Shown piece by piece: positions 1-9,207 of a DNA stretch of 64,000 bases. The position numbers and the translations under genes are program-made. The notes below the pieces were generated by a model, which was not told the DNA's origin, made no database searches, and saw nothing but the letters and a program-made list of their open reading frames with translations. Source of the DNA: an uncultured Thermoleophilia bacterium (lineage in GTDB: Bacteria > Actinomycetota > Thermoleophilia > UBA2241). Every line of letters begins with the position of its first letter. Position 1 is the stretch's first letter. The stretch covers positions 128,001-192,000 of the forward strand of contig CAVPCT010000005.1 in assembly GCA_963702475.1 (NCBI GenBank), given 5' to 3'.

Positions 1-163
1 GGCCCAGCCACGCGGCCGTGCCGCGCGCCCGCTGCAGCGCCCCCGGAGAGCAGCAGCTGCGGCGGTCGCTCCCCGGCCAGAGGCGCACGGTCGCCGTCTC
101 CAGCGTGCGCCCCTGCTCCACCAGCTTCAGCGCCGCGACGGCGCTGTCCACCCCGCCGCTCAG
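1..163 (-). CDS. mnmA: tRNA 2-thiouridylase MnmA, N-terminal part (runs off window; start uncertain)
   Basis: Manual translation of the minus strand gives (PKRARALVA)LSGGVDSAVAALKLVEQG...RSCCSPG, with the SGGxDS PP-loop and CCS motif of MnmA. Follows iscS-iscU. Not in the ORF track because it has no ATG/GTG/TTG before the motif. Confidence 0.9.
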   Translation of the reverse strand, partial: MSGGVDSAVAALKLVEQGRTLETATVRLWPGSDRRSCCSPGALQRARGTAAWLG

Positions 164-591
164 TGCGACGAGTGCTCGTGCTCTTTTGGGAGTGACGTCA
201 GGATCCTGGGAACGTCGTCCTCACGCCCGCTCTTGACGAGGTAGTCCTGGATCGCCAGGTGCAGTGCGTCGGCGGCGAGGTTGGAGCAGTGCATCTTGTT
301 CGGGGGCAGCCCTCCGAGCGCCTCGGCCACCGTCTTGTTGGAGATATCGGCGGCCTCGGCCAGCGTCTTGCCCATCACCATCTCGGTGACCATGCTGGAG
401 GTCGCCACGGCGGCGCCGCACCCGAAGGTCTTGAACTTGACGTCCTTGATGTGGTCGTCGTCGACGGCGATGGAGATGCGCATCACGTCGCCGCAGACCG
501 GGTTGCCGATCTGCCCGACGCCGTCAGCATCCTCGATCTCCCCCACGTTACGCGGGTTCGTGAAGTGGTCCATGACCAGGTCGGTGTACAT
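160..591 (-). CDS. iscU: Fe-S cluster scaffold IscU/NifU-N
   Basis: DHFTNPRNVG, GNPVCGD, FKTFGCG and KMHCSNL motifs with three conserved Cys. Confidence 0.95.
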   Translation of the reverse strand: MYTDLVMDHFTNPRNVGEIEDADGVGQIGNPVCGDVMRISIAVDDDHIKDVKFKTFGCGAAVATSSMVTEMVMGKTLAEAADISNKTVAEALGGLPPNKMHCSNLAADALHLAIQDYLVKSGREDDVPRILTSLPKEHEHSSH

Positions 592-594
592 ATG

Positions 595-1752
595 TCAGCC
601 TTTCGAGTAGAGCGGGCTCATGCTGCGCAGCTTGTCGACGATGGGCGGGAAGACTTCGAGGAAACCGTCGGCCTCCTCTTCGGTGTTCTCGCGGCCCAGG
701 CTCAGCCGCAGGCTGCCGTGGGCCTCCTCGGCGCCTAGACCCAACGCGAGGATGACATGGGACGGCTCGAGCGAGCCCGACGCGCAGGCCGATCCGCTGG
801 AGACCATGTAGCCGTGCGCGTCCAGCTGAAGAAGCATGGACTCTCCCTCGATGTAGCGCACGGTGAAGGCGACGTTGCCGGGCAGACGGTCGGTGGGGTG
901 TCCCAGGTACCTGACCTCGGGGATGGCGTCGAGCACACCGGCTGCCAGACGGTCGCGGAGCGCCTCAAGGCGCGAGCGGGTCTGCGACAGCTCACGCGTG
1001 GCCAGCTCGAGGGCGACGCCCAGGCCGACGATGCCGGGCACGTTCTCGGTGCCCGAACGCAGGCGCCGCTCGTGACCGCCGCCGTGCAAGATGGGCGTGA
1101 GACGCGTGCCGCGCTTCACGTACAGGGCGCCGACGCCCTTGGGGCCGTACAGCTTGTGGCCGGAGACGGTGAGCATGTCGACGCCGAGCTCCGTCACGTC
1201 GATGGGCAGAGAGCCGGCCGCCTGCACCGCGTCCGTGTGGAAGACGGCGCCGTGCTCGTGCGCGATGCGCGCCAACTTGGCGACCGGTTGCACGGTGCCG
1301 ACGACGTTGTTCGCCGCCATGATGGAGGCCAGGCGCGTGTCGTCGCGAAAGGCGGCGTCGTACGCGTCGAGGTCCACGACGCCGTACTCGTCCACCGGCA
1401 CGAAGTCCACGGCCCAGCCCAGACGGTTGAGCGCGCGCGCCGCCTCCATGACCGCCGGGTGCTCGATGGCGCTGATGATGACGTGGCCCGGCTCGAACCG
1501 CTGCAGGTACCCGAAGAGGGCGAGGTTGTCGCCCTCGGTGCCGCCGGAGGTGAACACGATCTCGCGCTCGCCGGCGCCCAGAGCGGCCGCCACCCGGGCG
1601 CGTGCCTCTTCGACGGCCGCGCGCGCCTCACGCCCGACCCGGTGCAGCTCCGACGGGTTGCCGTACTTCTCCGTGAAGTACGGCAGCATGGCCTCGAGGA
1701 CCCGGGGGTCGACCGCGGTGGTCGCGGCGTGGTCGAAGTAGACGCTGGTCAT
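595..1752 (-). CDS. iscS: Cysteine desulfurase IscS/NifS
   Basis: YFDHAATT, SGHKLYGPKG (PLP Lys), SSGSAC (catalytic Cys). ATG at 1752 overlaps the Rrf2 stop (ATGA). Confidence 0.95.
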   Translation of the reverse strand: MTSVYFDHAATTAVDPRVLEAMLPYFTEKYGNPSELHRVGREARAAVEEARARVAAALGAGEREIVFTSGGTEGDNLALFGYLQRFEPGHVIISAIEHPAVMEAARALNRLGWAVDFVPVDEYGVVDLDAYDAAFRDDTRLASIMAANNVVGTVQPVAKLARIAHEHGAVFHTDAVQAAGSLPIDVTELGVDMLTVSGHKLYGPKGVGALYVKRGTRLTPILHGGGHERRLRSGTENVPGIVGLGVALELATRELSQTRSRLEALRDRLAAGVLDAIPEVRYLGHPTDRLPGNVAFTVRYIEGESMLLQLDAHGYMVSSGSACASGSLEPSHVILALGLGAEEAHGSLRLSLGRENTEEEADGFLEVFPPIVDKLRSMSPLYSKG

Positions 1753-2162
1753 CGCGGCACTGCCTCCCGTGTGAGGTCGTCGAGGGTGATGGAGTTCAGG
1801 GCGCCGGTGATGGCGCTGTCCAGCCGACGCCACACCACGCGCGAGGCGCACGACTCGGCGCGGTCGCAGGCGCCGTCGTCCGGTACGCAGCCGACCAGGG
1901 ACAGCGGGCCCTCGAGCGCCGTCACCACATCGCCGACGGCGATGTCCGCGGCGGGGCGGCTGAGCTGGTAGCCCCCACTGACGCCCCTTGTGGCTTTCAC
2001 GAGCCCGCTCTCGCGCAACCGTGCGAGGATGCGCTCGAGGAACGGCGCGGGAATCCCCTCCCCGCCCGCTATCTCCGACAGCGGAACGGGCTTGTGGTCG
2101 TCGCGAGCAGCAAGGAACACCATGGCCCGCAAACCGTACTCACAGCGAGACGAGATCCGCAC
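1749..2162 (-). CDS. iscR: Rrf2-family regulator, IscR-like
   Basis: EYGLRAM, RGVSGGYQL, three C-terminal Cys (CVPDDGACDRAESC). GGAGG precedes the GTG at 2162. Confidence 0.85.
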   Translation of the reverse strand: MRISSRCEYGLRAMVFLAARDDHKPVPLSEIAGGEGIPAPFLERILARLRESGLVKATRGVSGGYQLSRPAADIAVGDVVTALEGPLSLVGCVPDDGACDRAESCASRVVWRRLDSAITGALNSITLDDLTREAVPR

Positions 2163-2179
2163 CTGCCCTGCCTCCACAG

Positions 2180-2204
2180 AATCCCAACTGAACTGGTCGG
2201 CATT
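2180..2204 (-). promoter_or_regulatory. IscR/Rrf2-type operator just downstream of a TACCAT -10 element
   Basis: Minus strand AATGCCGACCAGTTCAGTTGGGATT is an imperfect inverted repeat resembling the IscR type-1 consensus ATASYYGACTRWWWYAGTCRRSTAT. Confidence 0.65.
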
Positions 2205-2308
2205 ATGGTACCACGGGCCGCAGGCCGGTCAAACGGCGCGCACATGCAACGCTGGGGACGCCAGAGTGGAGAGACAGGAGCGGAGGGTGTGAGCGGCGCG
2301 GGTGGCGG

Positions 2309-2845
2309 TCAGAGACCGCGCACGGCGTTGGCGACGACCTGCTCCATGACCTTGCGACCGATCCAGCCCGTGTACAGCTGCGCCACGTCGCCGTTGCCAC
2401 GGATCACGGCCAGGATGGGCGGATTGCTCACCCTGAGCTGCTGAAGCGTGTCGCCCAGCTCGCTGGTCTTGTGCGCCTCGAAGTCCAGGAAACGGCTGTC
2501 GGCGGCGTACTGCTTCTTGACCGCGTTGAACGACTCGAGCATCTGCATGTCGTCGGCGGCGCCGTCGACGTACACCAGCAACACGATGCCCCGCTGCTCG
2601 TTGAGCGGATCGGCGATGAAGTCGGGCGTCTCGTCGGTGGGCACCAGCGTGAGCGGCGCGTAGCCCGTCATGCCGTAGCTGCTGACGACGTTGTACGACG
2701 CGGGGGCCGGAAGCTGCGGAGCCGCGGGGGCGGTGGTGTCGGCCAGGACCCGCACGGCGACGACGCCACCGAACAGGACGGCCCCCACGGCGAGGATCAC
2801 CATCGCCGTCAGCAGGAACGCTCTGTTCCGCCTGAGGATGCCCAT
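2309..2845 (-). CDS. Membrane-anchored hypothetical protein, possible Cys-less thioredoxin-like fold
   Basis: N-terminal hydrophobic helix; C-terminal LRVSNPPILAVIRGNGDVAQLYTGW resembles the Trx cis-Pro/beta-hairpin; strong RBS. Confidence 0.6.
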   Translation of the reverse strand: MGILRRNRAFLLTAMVILAVGAVLFGGVVAVRVLADTTAPAAPQLPAPASYNVVSSYGMTGYAPLTLVPTDETPDFIADPLNEQRGIVLLVYVDGAADDMQMLESFNAVKKQYAADSRFLDFEAHKTSELGDTLQQLRVSNPPILAVIRGNGDVAQLYTGWIGRKVMEQVVANAVRGL

Positions 2846-2862
2846 GCCCCCCTCCAAAGAAA

Positions 2863-3011
2863 GGCTCCACCTTGCCGTGCTCGCGTTATTCTCGAACCTG
2901 CTCTCGCAGGTGGGTGCCCTCCCGGTCCATCCACGGATGGCCCGAAGCGCGAGCTCCCGATGTGTTCGTGTTGGCTCGAGAATGCAGCGAGGTCACGAAC
3001 AAGGTCGAGCC
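2863..3011 (-). ncRNA. ssrS: 6S RNA
   Basis: Ends pair into a long irregular rod (CCTTGTTCGTG with CACGGCAAGG; TTCTCGAGCC with GGTTCGAGAA). Carries GGGAGC and GGCACCCACCTG elements typical of 6S RNAs. Lies directly downstream of hisS-aspS like B. subtilis 6S-1 and has its own promoter. Confidence 0.8.
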
Positions 3012-3016
3012 GCGTC

Positions 3017-3045
3017 ATCGTAGCATTCGTCACTAGTTTCGCCAA
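3017..3045 (-). promoter_or_regulatory. Primary-sigma promoter of 6S RNA
   Basis: TTGGCG-17 nt-TACGAT with extended -10 TG. Confidence 0.65.
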
Positions 3046-3082
3046 ACCTAGTCGGCAGGCCTGCCGAAACCTTGAGTAAGCA

Positions 3083-3124
3083 CGCCGACGGCCCGTCGCC
3101 TGAGAGGGCGACGGGCCGTCGGCG
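3083..3124 (-). terminator. Hairpin terminator after aspS
   Basis: 18-bp perfect GC-rich stem about 20 nt after the aspS stop. Confidence 0.7.
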
Positions 3125-3142
3125 CATGCCGGGTCTGCGGTC

Positions 3143-4906
3143 TCAGCCCAGACGGATGCGCAGCTCCTTGAGCTGCTCGGCGGTCACAGCCCCGGGGGCG
3201 CCGGTCATCGGGTCCCCGCCGGACGACGTCTTGGGGAACGGGATGACGTCGCGGATCGAATCCGCCCCGGCGAGCAGCATGAGGATGCGGTCGAAGCCGA
3301 GGCCGATGCCGCCGTGCGGCGGCGCGCCGTACTCGAGCGCCTCCAGGAACCAGCCGAAGGCCTCGTCGATGCGGGCGTCGTCCATGCCCAGGGCCCGCAG
3401 GATGGAGCGCTGCACGGCGGCGTCGTGGTTGCGCAGCGAGCCGGAGCCGAGCTCGACGCCGTTGAGCACCAGGTCGTACTGGGCGCCACGCACAGCCAGC
3501 GGGTCGCTCTCCATGAGCGGCATGGTCTCGGCAGTCGGCAGGCTGAACGGGTTGTGCCCGTAGGTGAGCCTGCCGGTCTCCTTGTCGATCTCGAACAGCG
3601 GGAACTCCTCTACCCAGAGCAGGGCCCAGCGCGCGGACGGCTCGATACCAAGGCGCTTGATGAGCGCGAGACGCAGGGCGCCGAGCACCTCCGCCGCCGT
3701 GGCGGCGGTGTCGGCGGCGAACACGATGAGGTCGCCGGGCTCGGCGGCCGTGACATCCACGAGCGCGGCCTGCTCGGCCTCGCCGAGGAACTTGACGATG
3801 GGGCCGCGCAGGGCGCGGCCCTCCTCCACGTACACGTAGGCCATGCCCTTCGCGCCGTGCTCCCTGGCGAGCTCGGTGAGGTCGTCGATCTGCGCCCGGC
3901 TCAGCGCCGCCCCGCCGGGCGCCCGCACGGCGCGCACCACGCCGCCGTCGTCGACGGCGCCGCGAAACACCTTGAACTCGCTGGCCGCGAACACGCCCGA
4001 CAGCTCGACGATCTCGAGGCCGAAGCGCAGGTCGGGCTTGTCGCTGCCGTACCTGAGCATGGCCTCGTCGTAGGACAGCCGGGGCAGCGGCAGCGTGAGC
4101 GGCTCCTCCCCCACGCCCTCGAAGATCGCCTGCATGAGGCCCTCGAGGATCACGCGTATCTCGGGCACGCCGAGGAACGACGTCTCGATGTCGATCTGCG
4201 TGTGCTCCGGCTGGCGGTCGGCGCGCAGGTCCTCGTCCCGGAAGCAGCGCGCGAACTGGTAGTACCGCTCGAGGCCGGCGACCATGAGGATCTGCTTGAA
4301 CATCTGCGGCGACTGCGGCAACGCGTAGAAGCGGTGCGGTTGCAGGCGCGCGGGCACGAGGAAGTCGCGCGCGCCCTCCGGCGACGATCTGGTGAGGTAC
4401 GGCGTCTCGACCTCGAGGAAGCCCTCAGCGTTCAGGTAGTCCCGGGACGCCGCTACGGCCCTGTGCCGCAACGTGAGATTGGCCAGCATGGGAGCGCGCC
4501 GCAGGTCGAGGTAGCGGTACCTGAGGCGCAGGGTCTCGTCGACATCAACGGCCTCCACCACCTCGATCTCGAAGGGCGGCGTCTTGGCCCTGCTGAGGAT
4601 CTCGGCCGCGGCCACACGGACCTCCACCTGGCCGGTCGGCAGGCTCGGGTTCACGGTCTCGGGAGAGCGGGCGACGACCTCGCCGCTCACGGCGAGCACG
4701 TACTCGGAGCGGGCTTCCTCGGCGACGGCGTGCGCCTCGGGCACGCGCGACGGGTCGAAGACCAGCTGCACCACGCCGCTGCGCTCGCGGAGGTCGATGA
4801 AGACGAGGCCGCCGTGGTCGCGGCGGTGGGCGACCCAGCCGGCGAGGCGCACCTCACGGCCGACGTCGGGCAGGCGGAGCTCGCCGGCAGAGGCGGTGCG
4901 CAGCAT
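3143..4906 (-). CDS. aspS: Aspartate--tRNA ligase
   Basis: RRDHGGLVFIDLR, ALPQSPQMFKQ, FRDEDLRADRQPE, GAPPHGGIGLGFDR. Confidence 0.97.
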   Translation of the reverse strand: MLRTASAGELRLPDVGREVRLAGWVAHRRDHGGLVFIDLRERSGVVQLVFDPSRVPEAHAVAEEARSEYVLAVSGEVVARSPETVNPSLPTGQVEVRVAAAEILSRAKTPPFEIEVVEAVDVDETLRLRYRYLDLRRAPMLANLTLRHRAVAASRDYLNAEGFLEVETPYLTRSSPEGARDFLVPARLQPHRFYALPQSPQMFKQILMVAGLERYYQFARCFRDEDLRADRQPEHTQIDIETSFLGVPEIRVILEGLMQAIFEGVGEEPLTLPLPRLSYDEAMLRYGSDKPDLRFGLEIVELSGVFAASEFKVFRGAVDDGGVVRAVRAPGGAALSRAQIDDLTELAREHGAKGMAYVYVEEGRALRGPIVKFLGEAEQAALVDVTAAEPGDLIVFAADTAATAAEVLGALRLALIKRLGIEPSARWALLWVEEFPLFEIDKETGRLTYGHNPFSLPTAETMPLMESDPLAVRGAQYDLVLNGVELGSGSLRNHDAAVQRSILRALGMDDARIDEAFGWFLEALEYGAPPHGGIGLGFDRILMLLAGADSIRDVIPFPKTSSGGDPMTGAPGAVTAEQLKELRIRLG

Positions 4907-6171
4907 CAGGCGTCCTTTCCGAGGCGCGTGCGGACGAGACCGGCGAGGCCGGCGGCAGGCACGTCTTCTTCCCCGCCGCCGTCCATGGCGCGCAGACGCA
5001 CGGTACCGGCGGCGAGCTCGTCAAGACCGCAGAGCACGGCGAACCGCGCGCCGCTGCGGCCGGCCTGCTTGAGCTGGCCCTTGGGGCTGCGCCCGGCCAG
5101 GTCGAGCTCGGCGGCCAGACCGGCGGCGCGCAGCGCGTGGGCGACGCCAAAGGCCGCCGCCCGAGCCGCGTCGGAGAAACTCACCACGAACGCGTCTGGT
5201 GAGTGCGCCGGCAGCTCCCGCTCGCGCATCGCCAGGGTGATGCGCTCGAGCCCGCTGCCCCAGCCCACGCCCGGCGTGGGCTGGCCGCCGATCATCTCCA
5301 CCAGGCCGTCGTAGCGGCCGCCGCCGCCGACGCCGCTCTGGGCGCCGAGACGGTCGGAGTTGAACTCGAAGGTGGTGCGCGTGTAGTAGTCCAGGCCGCG
5401 CACCAGACGGAACTCCAGGTTGGGTTCGAGGCCGGCGATGCGCACGAGGCCCAGCACCGTGTCGAAGTGCTCGCGGCAGTCCGGGCACAGGTGGTCGCCG
5501 ATGCGCGGTGCCTCGTCGAGCACCGCGCGACACGTCTCGACCTTGCAGTCGAACGTACGCAGCGGGTTCAGCTCGACGCGCTCGAGACAGTCTCCGCAGA
5601 GCTCGCCCTCGCGGCCGCGCAGGTACTGGCGGAGCTTCTGCACATAGGCCGGGCGGCACTCGGCGTCGCCCATGCTGTTCATGTTCAGGGTGACGCCCTC
5701 CACGCCCAGCTCGGCGTAGATGGCTGCGAGAAGCGTGATGACCTCGGCATCGACGGCCGGGTCCGCCGAGCCGATGGCCTCGGCGCCGATCTGGTAGTGC
5801 TCGCGATAGCGGCCCGACTGGGGCTTCTCGTAGCGGAACATCGGGCAGTGGTACCAGACCTTGACCGGCTGCGGCCACTTGTGCATGCCGTGCTCCACGT
5901 AGGCGCGGCAGATGGGCGCCGTACCCTCCGGGCGCAGCGTAAGCAGCCGCTCGCCCTTGTCGGTGAAGGTGTACATCTCCTTGCGCACGATGTCCGTGGC
6001 CTCGCCGACGCCGCGCTCGAACAGGCCCGTCTCCTCGAACTCGGGCGTGACCATGTGCCGGTAGCCGAAGGCCGCGAACACGCGTGCCGCGCCGGCGACG
6101 ATGGCGTCCCGTCGCGCAGCGTCGTCCGGCAGTAGGTCGTACGTGCCCTTGGGAGCGCGCGGACCGCTCAC
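4906..6171 (-). CDS. hisS: Histidine--tRNA ligase
   Basis: LRPEGTA, FRYEKPQSGRYR, LVRGLDYY, GGGRYD. Confidence 0.97.
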   Translation of the reverse strand: MSGPRAPKGTYDLLPDDAARRDAIVAGAARVFAAFGYRHMVTPEFEETGLFERGVGEATDIVRKEMYTFTDKGERLLTLRPEGTAPICRAYVEHGMHKWPQPVKVWYHCPMFRYEKPQSGRYREHYQIGAEAIGSADPAVDAEVITLLAAIYAELGVEGVTLNMNSMGDAECRPAYVQKLRQYLRGREGELCGDCLERVELNPLRTFDCKVETCRAVLDEAPRIGDHLCPDCREHFDTVLGLVRIAGLEPNLEFRLVRGLDYYTRTTFEFNSDRLGAQSGVGGGGRYDGLVEMIGGQPTPGVGWGSGLERITLAMRERELPAHSPDAFVVSFSDAARAAAFGVAHALRAAGLAAELDLAGRSPKGQLKQAGRSGARFAVLCGLDELAAGTVRLRAMDGGGEEDVPAAGLAGLVRTRLGKDA

Positions 6172-6818
6172 CAGCGGTGCTCCGGGTCGTAGCGAAGCGG
6201 CGAGAGAAACGGGTTGAGGGCGAGCTCGCGGCCCAGTGAGGTGTCCGGCCCGTGGCCGCAGTGCACGGTGGCGTCTGGCGGGAAGCGGCGTACCAGGGTG
6301 GCCACCGAGTTCAGCAACTGATCCATGTCGCCGCCGGGCAGATCGGTGCGGCCCACGCTGTTCTGGAACAGCAGGTCGCCGACGAACAGTTGGGCCTCGC
6401 CGATGGCGTACGTGTACGAGCCCCTCGAGTGCCCCGGGGTGGGGATGGCCAGCACCTCGAAGGGCAGACCGTCGAGCGTCTGCTCGCCGCTGAGCGTGAC
6501 CGCCTCCTTGACCGGCTCGATGTCGAAGCCGGCCATGGCCCCCAGGCGGTTGTCGGCCATCTCGCCGGCGTCGGCCTGCCCCACGTACACGGGGATGCCG
6601 AAGTGGGTGGCGAGCGGCGCGACGCCGCCGAAGTGGTCGAAGTGCCCGTGCGTCACCAGCACGGCGGACGGCGCGTAGCCGAGCTCACCGAAGGCGCTGA
6701 TGACCACGCCGGCCTCGTCGCCGGGGTCGATGACGAGACCGGCCTGCTCGCCGACGACGAGGAAGCAGTTGGCCTGGAGCGGGCCGAGCGGAAGGGCGAA
6801 AACGTCGAAGGGGAGCAT
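6168..6818 (-). CDS. MBL-fold metallo-hydrolase (glyoxalase II/YcbL-like)
   Basis: THGHFDH, TPGHS, GDLLF, GRTDLPGG, CGHG. Confidence 0.9.
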   Translation of the reverse strand: MLPFDVFALPLGPLQANCFLVVGEQAGLVIDPGDEAGVVISAFGELGYAPSAVLVTHGHFDHFGGVAPLATHFGIPVYVGQADAGEMADNRLGAMAGFDIEPVKEAVTLSGEQTLDGLPFEVLAIPTPGHSRGSYTYAIGEAQLFVGDLLFQNSVGRTDLPGGDMDQLLNSVATLVRRFPPDATVHCGHGPDTSLGRELALNPFLSPLRYDPEHRW

Positions 6819-6957
6819 GTCACCTCGGGTGGTCGTGGTCCGCGCGACAGGGTATCAGACCGCCGCCGAGACGGTCGACCATGAGCGCGGGCACCCGGCG
6901 GTCTCGCCGGCGCGACGTGCGCAGGGCCGGCGCGGCCGCGGCCGCCGGCCCGAGCCC

Positions 6958-9207
6958 TCAGGTGCCGACGACCCGGTACGCGTCGTAGACCGTGTGGATG
7001 CTGCGGATGTTGGCGAGGATGTTGTCGAGCTGCCGCACGTCGCCCACCTCGAGTGTGAAGCGGTCGCGCACCACGCCGTCGGGCAGGGTCTGCATGCTGC
7101 CGCCGACGATGTTGGCGCCCGAGTCGGAGAGGGTCCGCGCGAGGTCCTCGAGAAGGTGGTTGCGGTCGAGCGCCTCGACCATGATCTCCACGCGGAACGC
7201 CACGCCGCTGAGCCCCTGCCAGTCGACGTTGGTGAAGCGCTCCGGGTTCTTCATGAGGGCGCGCGCGTTCTTGCAGTCCTCGCGATGGATGGTGATGCCC
7301 TTGCCCAGAGAGATGTAGCCGACGATGGTGTCGCCGGGGATGGGCTTACAGCACTTGGCCATGCGCACCATGATGTCGTTCATGCCCTCGACGGCGATGC
7401 CGAACTGGCCCGAGAGGGCCTGCGGCTCGTCGCCGTCGTGCTGCGGCGCCCGGGGCAGCATCTCCGGCGGCGGGGTGGCCTCCTTCATCGTCCCCGACGC
7501 CTGCATGACCTTGTTGGCCACCGTCTTGACCGGCAGCCGCCCGGAGCCGAGCGCCACGAAGAGGTCGTCGGGCTTGGCGAAGCCGACGTCTTTGCAGATC
7601 TGCGAGAAGACCTTGGAGCTCAGGATCTTCTGCGCCGGCAGACCCTCGCGGCGCAGGACCTCCTGCAGCAGGTCGCGCCCGGAGTGCTCGCTGTCTTCCC
7701 GCTGCTCGCGGTTGAAGTAGTGGCGGATCTTCTGGCGCGCCCGCGGCGAGTGCACGATGTCGAGCCAGTCGCGCGAGGGGCCGTGGCTCGACTTGCTGGT
7801 GATGATCTCCACGATGTCGCCGCTGCTGAGCGCCGTGTGCAGCGGCACGATGCGGCCGTTGACCTTGGCGCCCACGGTGTGGTTGCCCACGTCGGTGTGC
7901 ACCGAGTAGGCGAAGTCGATGGGCGTGCTCCCCGCCGGCAGGCTCTTGACGTCGCCCTTGGGCGTGAACACGAACACTTCGTCCTCGAAGAGATCGACGC
8001 GCAGGGCGTCCATGAACTCGCGGGCGTCGCCGGTCTCGGACTGCCACTCCATCATCTGGTGCAGCCACGCGAGCTTGTCGGCGTCGCGCTGGCCGCGCTC
8101 CTTGTAGAGCCAGTGCGCGGCGACGCCGTACTCGGCGGTCTGGTGCATGTCGAAGGTGCGGATCTGGATCTCGAGCGGCTTGCCGCCGGGGCCGATGACC
8201 GTGGTGTGCAAGGACTGGTACATGTTGAACTTGGGCATCGCTACGTAGTCCTTGAAGCGCCCCGGGATGGGCTTCCACACCGAATGGATGATGCCGACGG
8301 CCCCATAGCAGTCCTTGATGGAGTCCACCTGCACGCGCAGACCGGTGAGGTCGAAGATCTCGTTGAACTCCTTTCCGCCGCGACTCATCTTCGTGTAGAT
8401 GGAGTAGAAGTGCTTGGCGCGGCCGCTGATGTCGGCCACGATGCCGGCCTCGTCCAGGGCCTCACGCAAGAAGGCGGCCGCCTCGTCCACGTAGTCCTCG
8501 CGGTCGGCGCGCCGCTGCGCGACCCACTTCTGGATCTCCTGGTACTTGCGCGGGTGCAGGGTGGCGAACGCGAGGTCCTCCAGCTGCCATTTCATGTTGT
8601 GGATGCCGAGGCGGTGGGCGAGCGGCGCGTACACCTCGAGCGTCTCTTTGGCCTTCTGGATCTGCTTCTGCTTGCTGAGATAGCAGAGCGTGTGCATGTT
8701 GTGCAGGCGATCGCAGAGCTTGATGAGGATGACGCGGATATCGGTCGCCATCGCCACGATCATCTTGCGGTAGTTCTCTGCCTGTTCCTCCTCCTGGGAG
8801 GTGAAGTGCATCTTGGTGAGCTTGGTGACCCCGTCGACGAGCATGGCGATCTCGTCGCCGAACTCGTCGGCCACCCAGCCGAGCGGGGTGCCGGTGTCTT
8901 CGACCACGTCGTGCAGCAGCGCCGCGGCGACGGTGACTGAGTCCAGGCGCAGATCGGCAGCGTTGAGCGCCGTGCCGACAGGGTGGTGGATGTAGGCTTC
9001 GCCGCTCTTGCGGCTCTGGTCGCCGTGCAGGACACAGGCGGCGACGAAGGCGCGCGCGATGAGCTCGCGGTCGGCGTCGGGGTTGTAGCGCGCCACGGCC
9101 GCGAAGAGGTCGTCGAGCAGTGGCCGGTACTTCTCCGGGACGTCGATCAGAGCGCTGCCGTGAGGCAGGTCTGCAAGAAGCTGCTTGTCCGAAACAGGCT
9201 GCGCCAT
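6958..9207 (-). CDS. relA: Bifunctional (p)ppGpp synthetase/hydrolase Rel
   Basis: HD motif LLHDVVED, YQSLHTT, EIQIRT, TGS (VFVFTPKG), AKCC, ACT domain. Confidence 0.97.
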   Translation of the reverse strand: MAQPVSDKQLLADLPHGSALIDVPEKYRPLLDDLFAAVARYNPDADRELIARAFVAACVLHGDQSRKSGEAYIHHPVGTALNAADLRLDSVTVAAALLHDVVEDTGTPLGWVADEFGDEIAMLVDGVTKLTKMHFTSQEEEQAENYRKMIVAMATDIRVILIKLCDRLHNMHTLCYLSKQKQIQKAKETLEVYAPLAHRLGIHNMKWQLEDLAFATLHPRKYQEIQKWVAQRRADREDYVDEAAAFLREALDEAGIVADISGRAKHFYSIYTKMSRGGKEFNEIFDLTGLRVQVDSIKDCYGAVGIIHSVWKPIPGRFKDYVAMPKFNMYQSLHTTVIGPGGKPLEIQIRTFDMHQTAEYGVAAHWLYKERGQRDADKLAWLHQMMEWQSETGDAREFMDALRVDLFEDEVFVFTPKGDVKSLPAGSTPIDFAYSVHTDVGNHTVGAKVNGRIVPLHTALSSGDIVEIITSKSSHGPSRDWLDIVHSPRARQKIRHYFNREQREDSEHSGRDLLQEVLRREGLPAQKILSSKVFSQICKDVGFAKPDDLFVALGSGRLPVKTVANKVMQASGTMKEATPPPEMLPRAPQHDGDEPQALSGQFGIAVEGMNDIMVRMAKCCKPIPGDTIVGYISLGKGITIHREDCKNARALMKNPERFTNVDWQGLSGVAFRVEIMVEALDRNHLLEDLARTLSDSGANIVGGSMQTLPDGVVRDRFTLEVGDVRQLDNILANIRSIHTVYDAYRVVGT

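Noticed and set aside
221-223. Selenocysteine readthrough of the TGA upstream in the mnmA frame
   Set aside because: The frame upstream of the TGA is a shadow of iscU with no protein-like features, and the position does not correspond to a catalytic Cys
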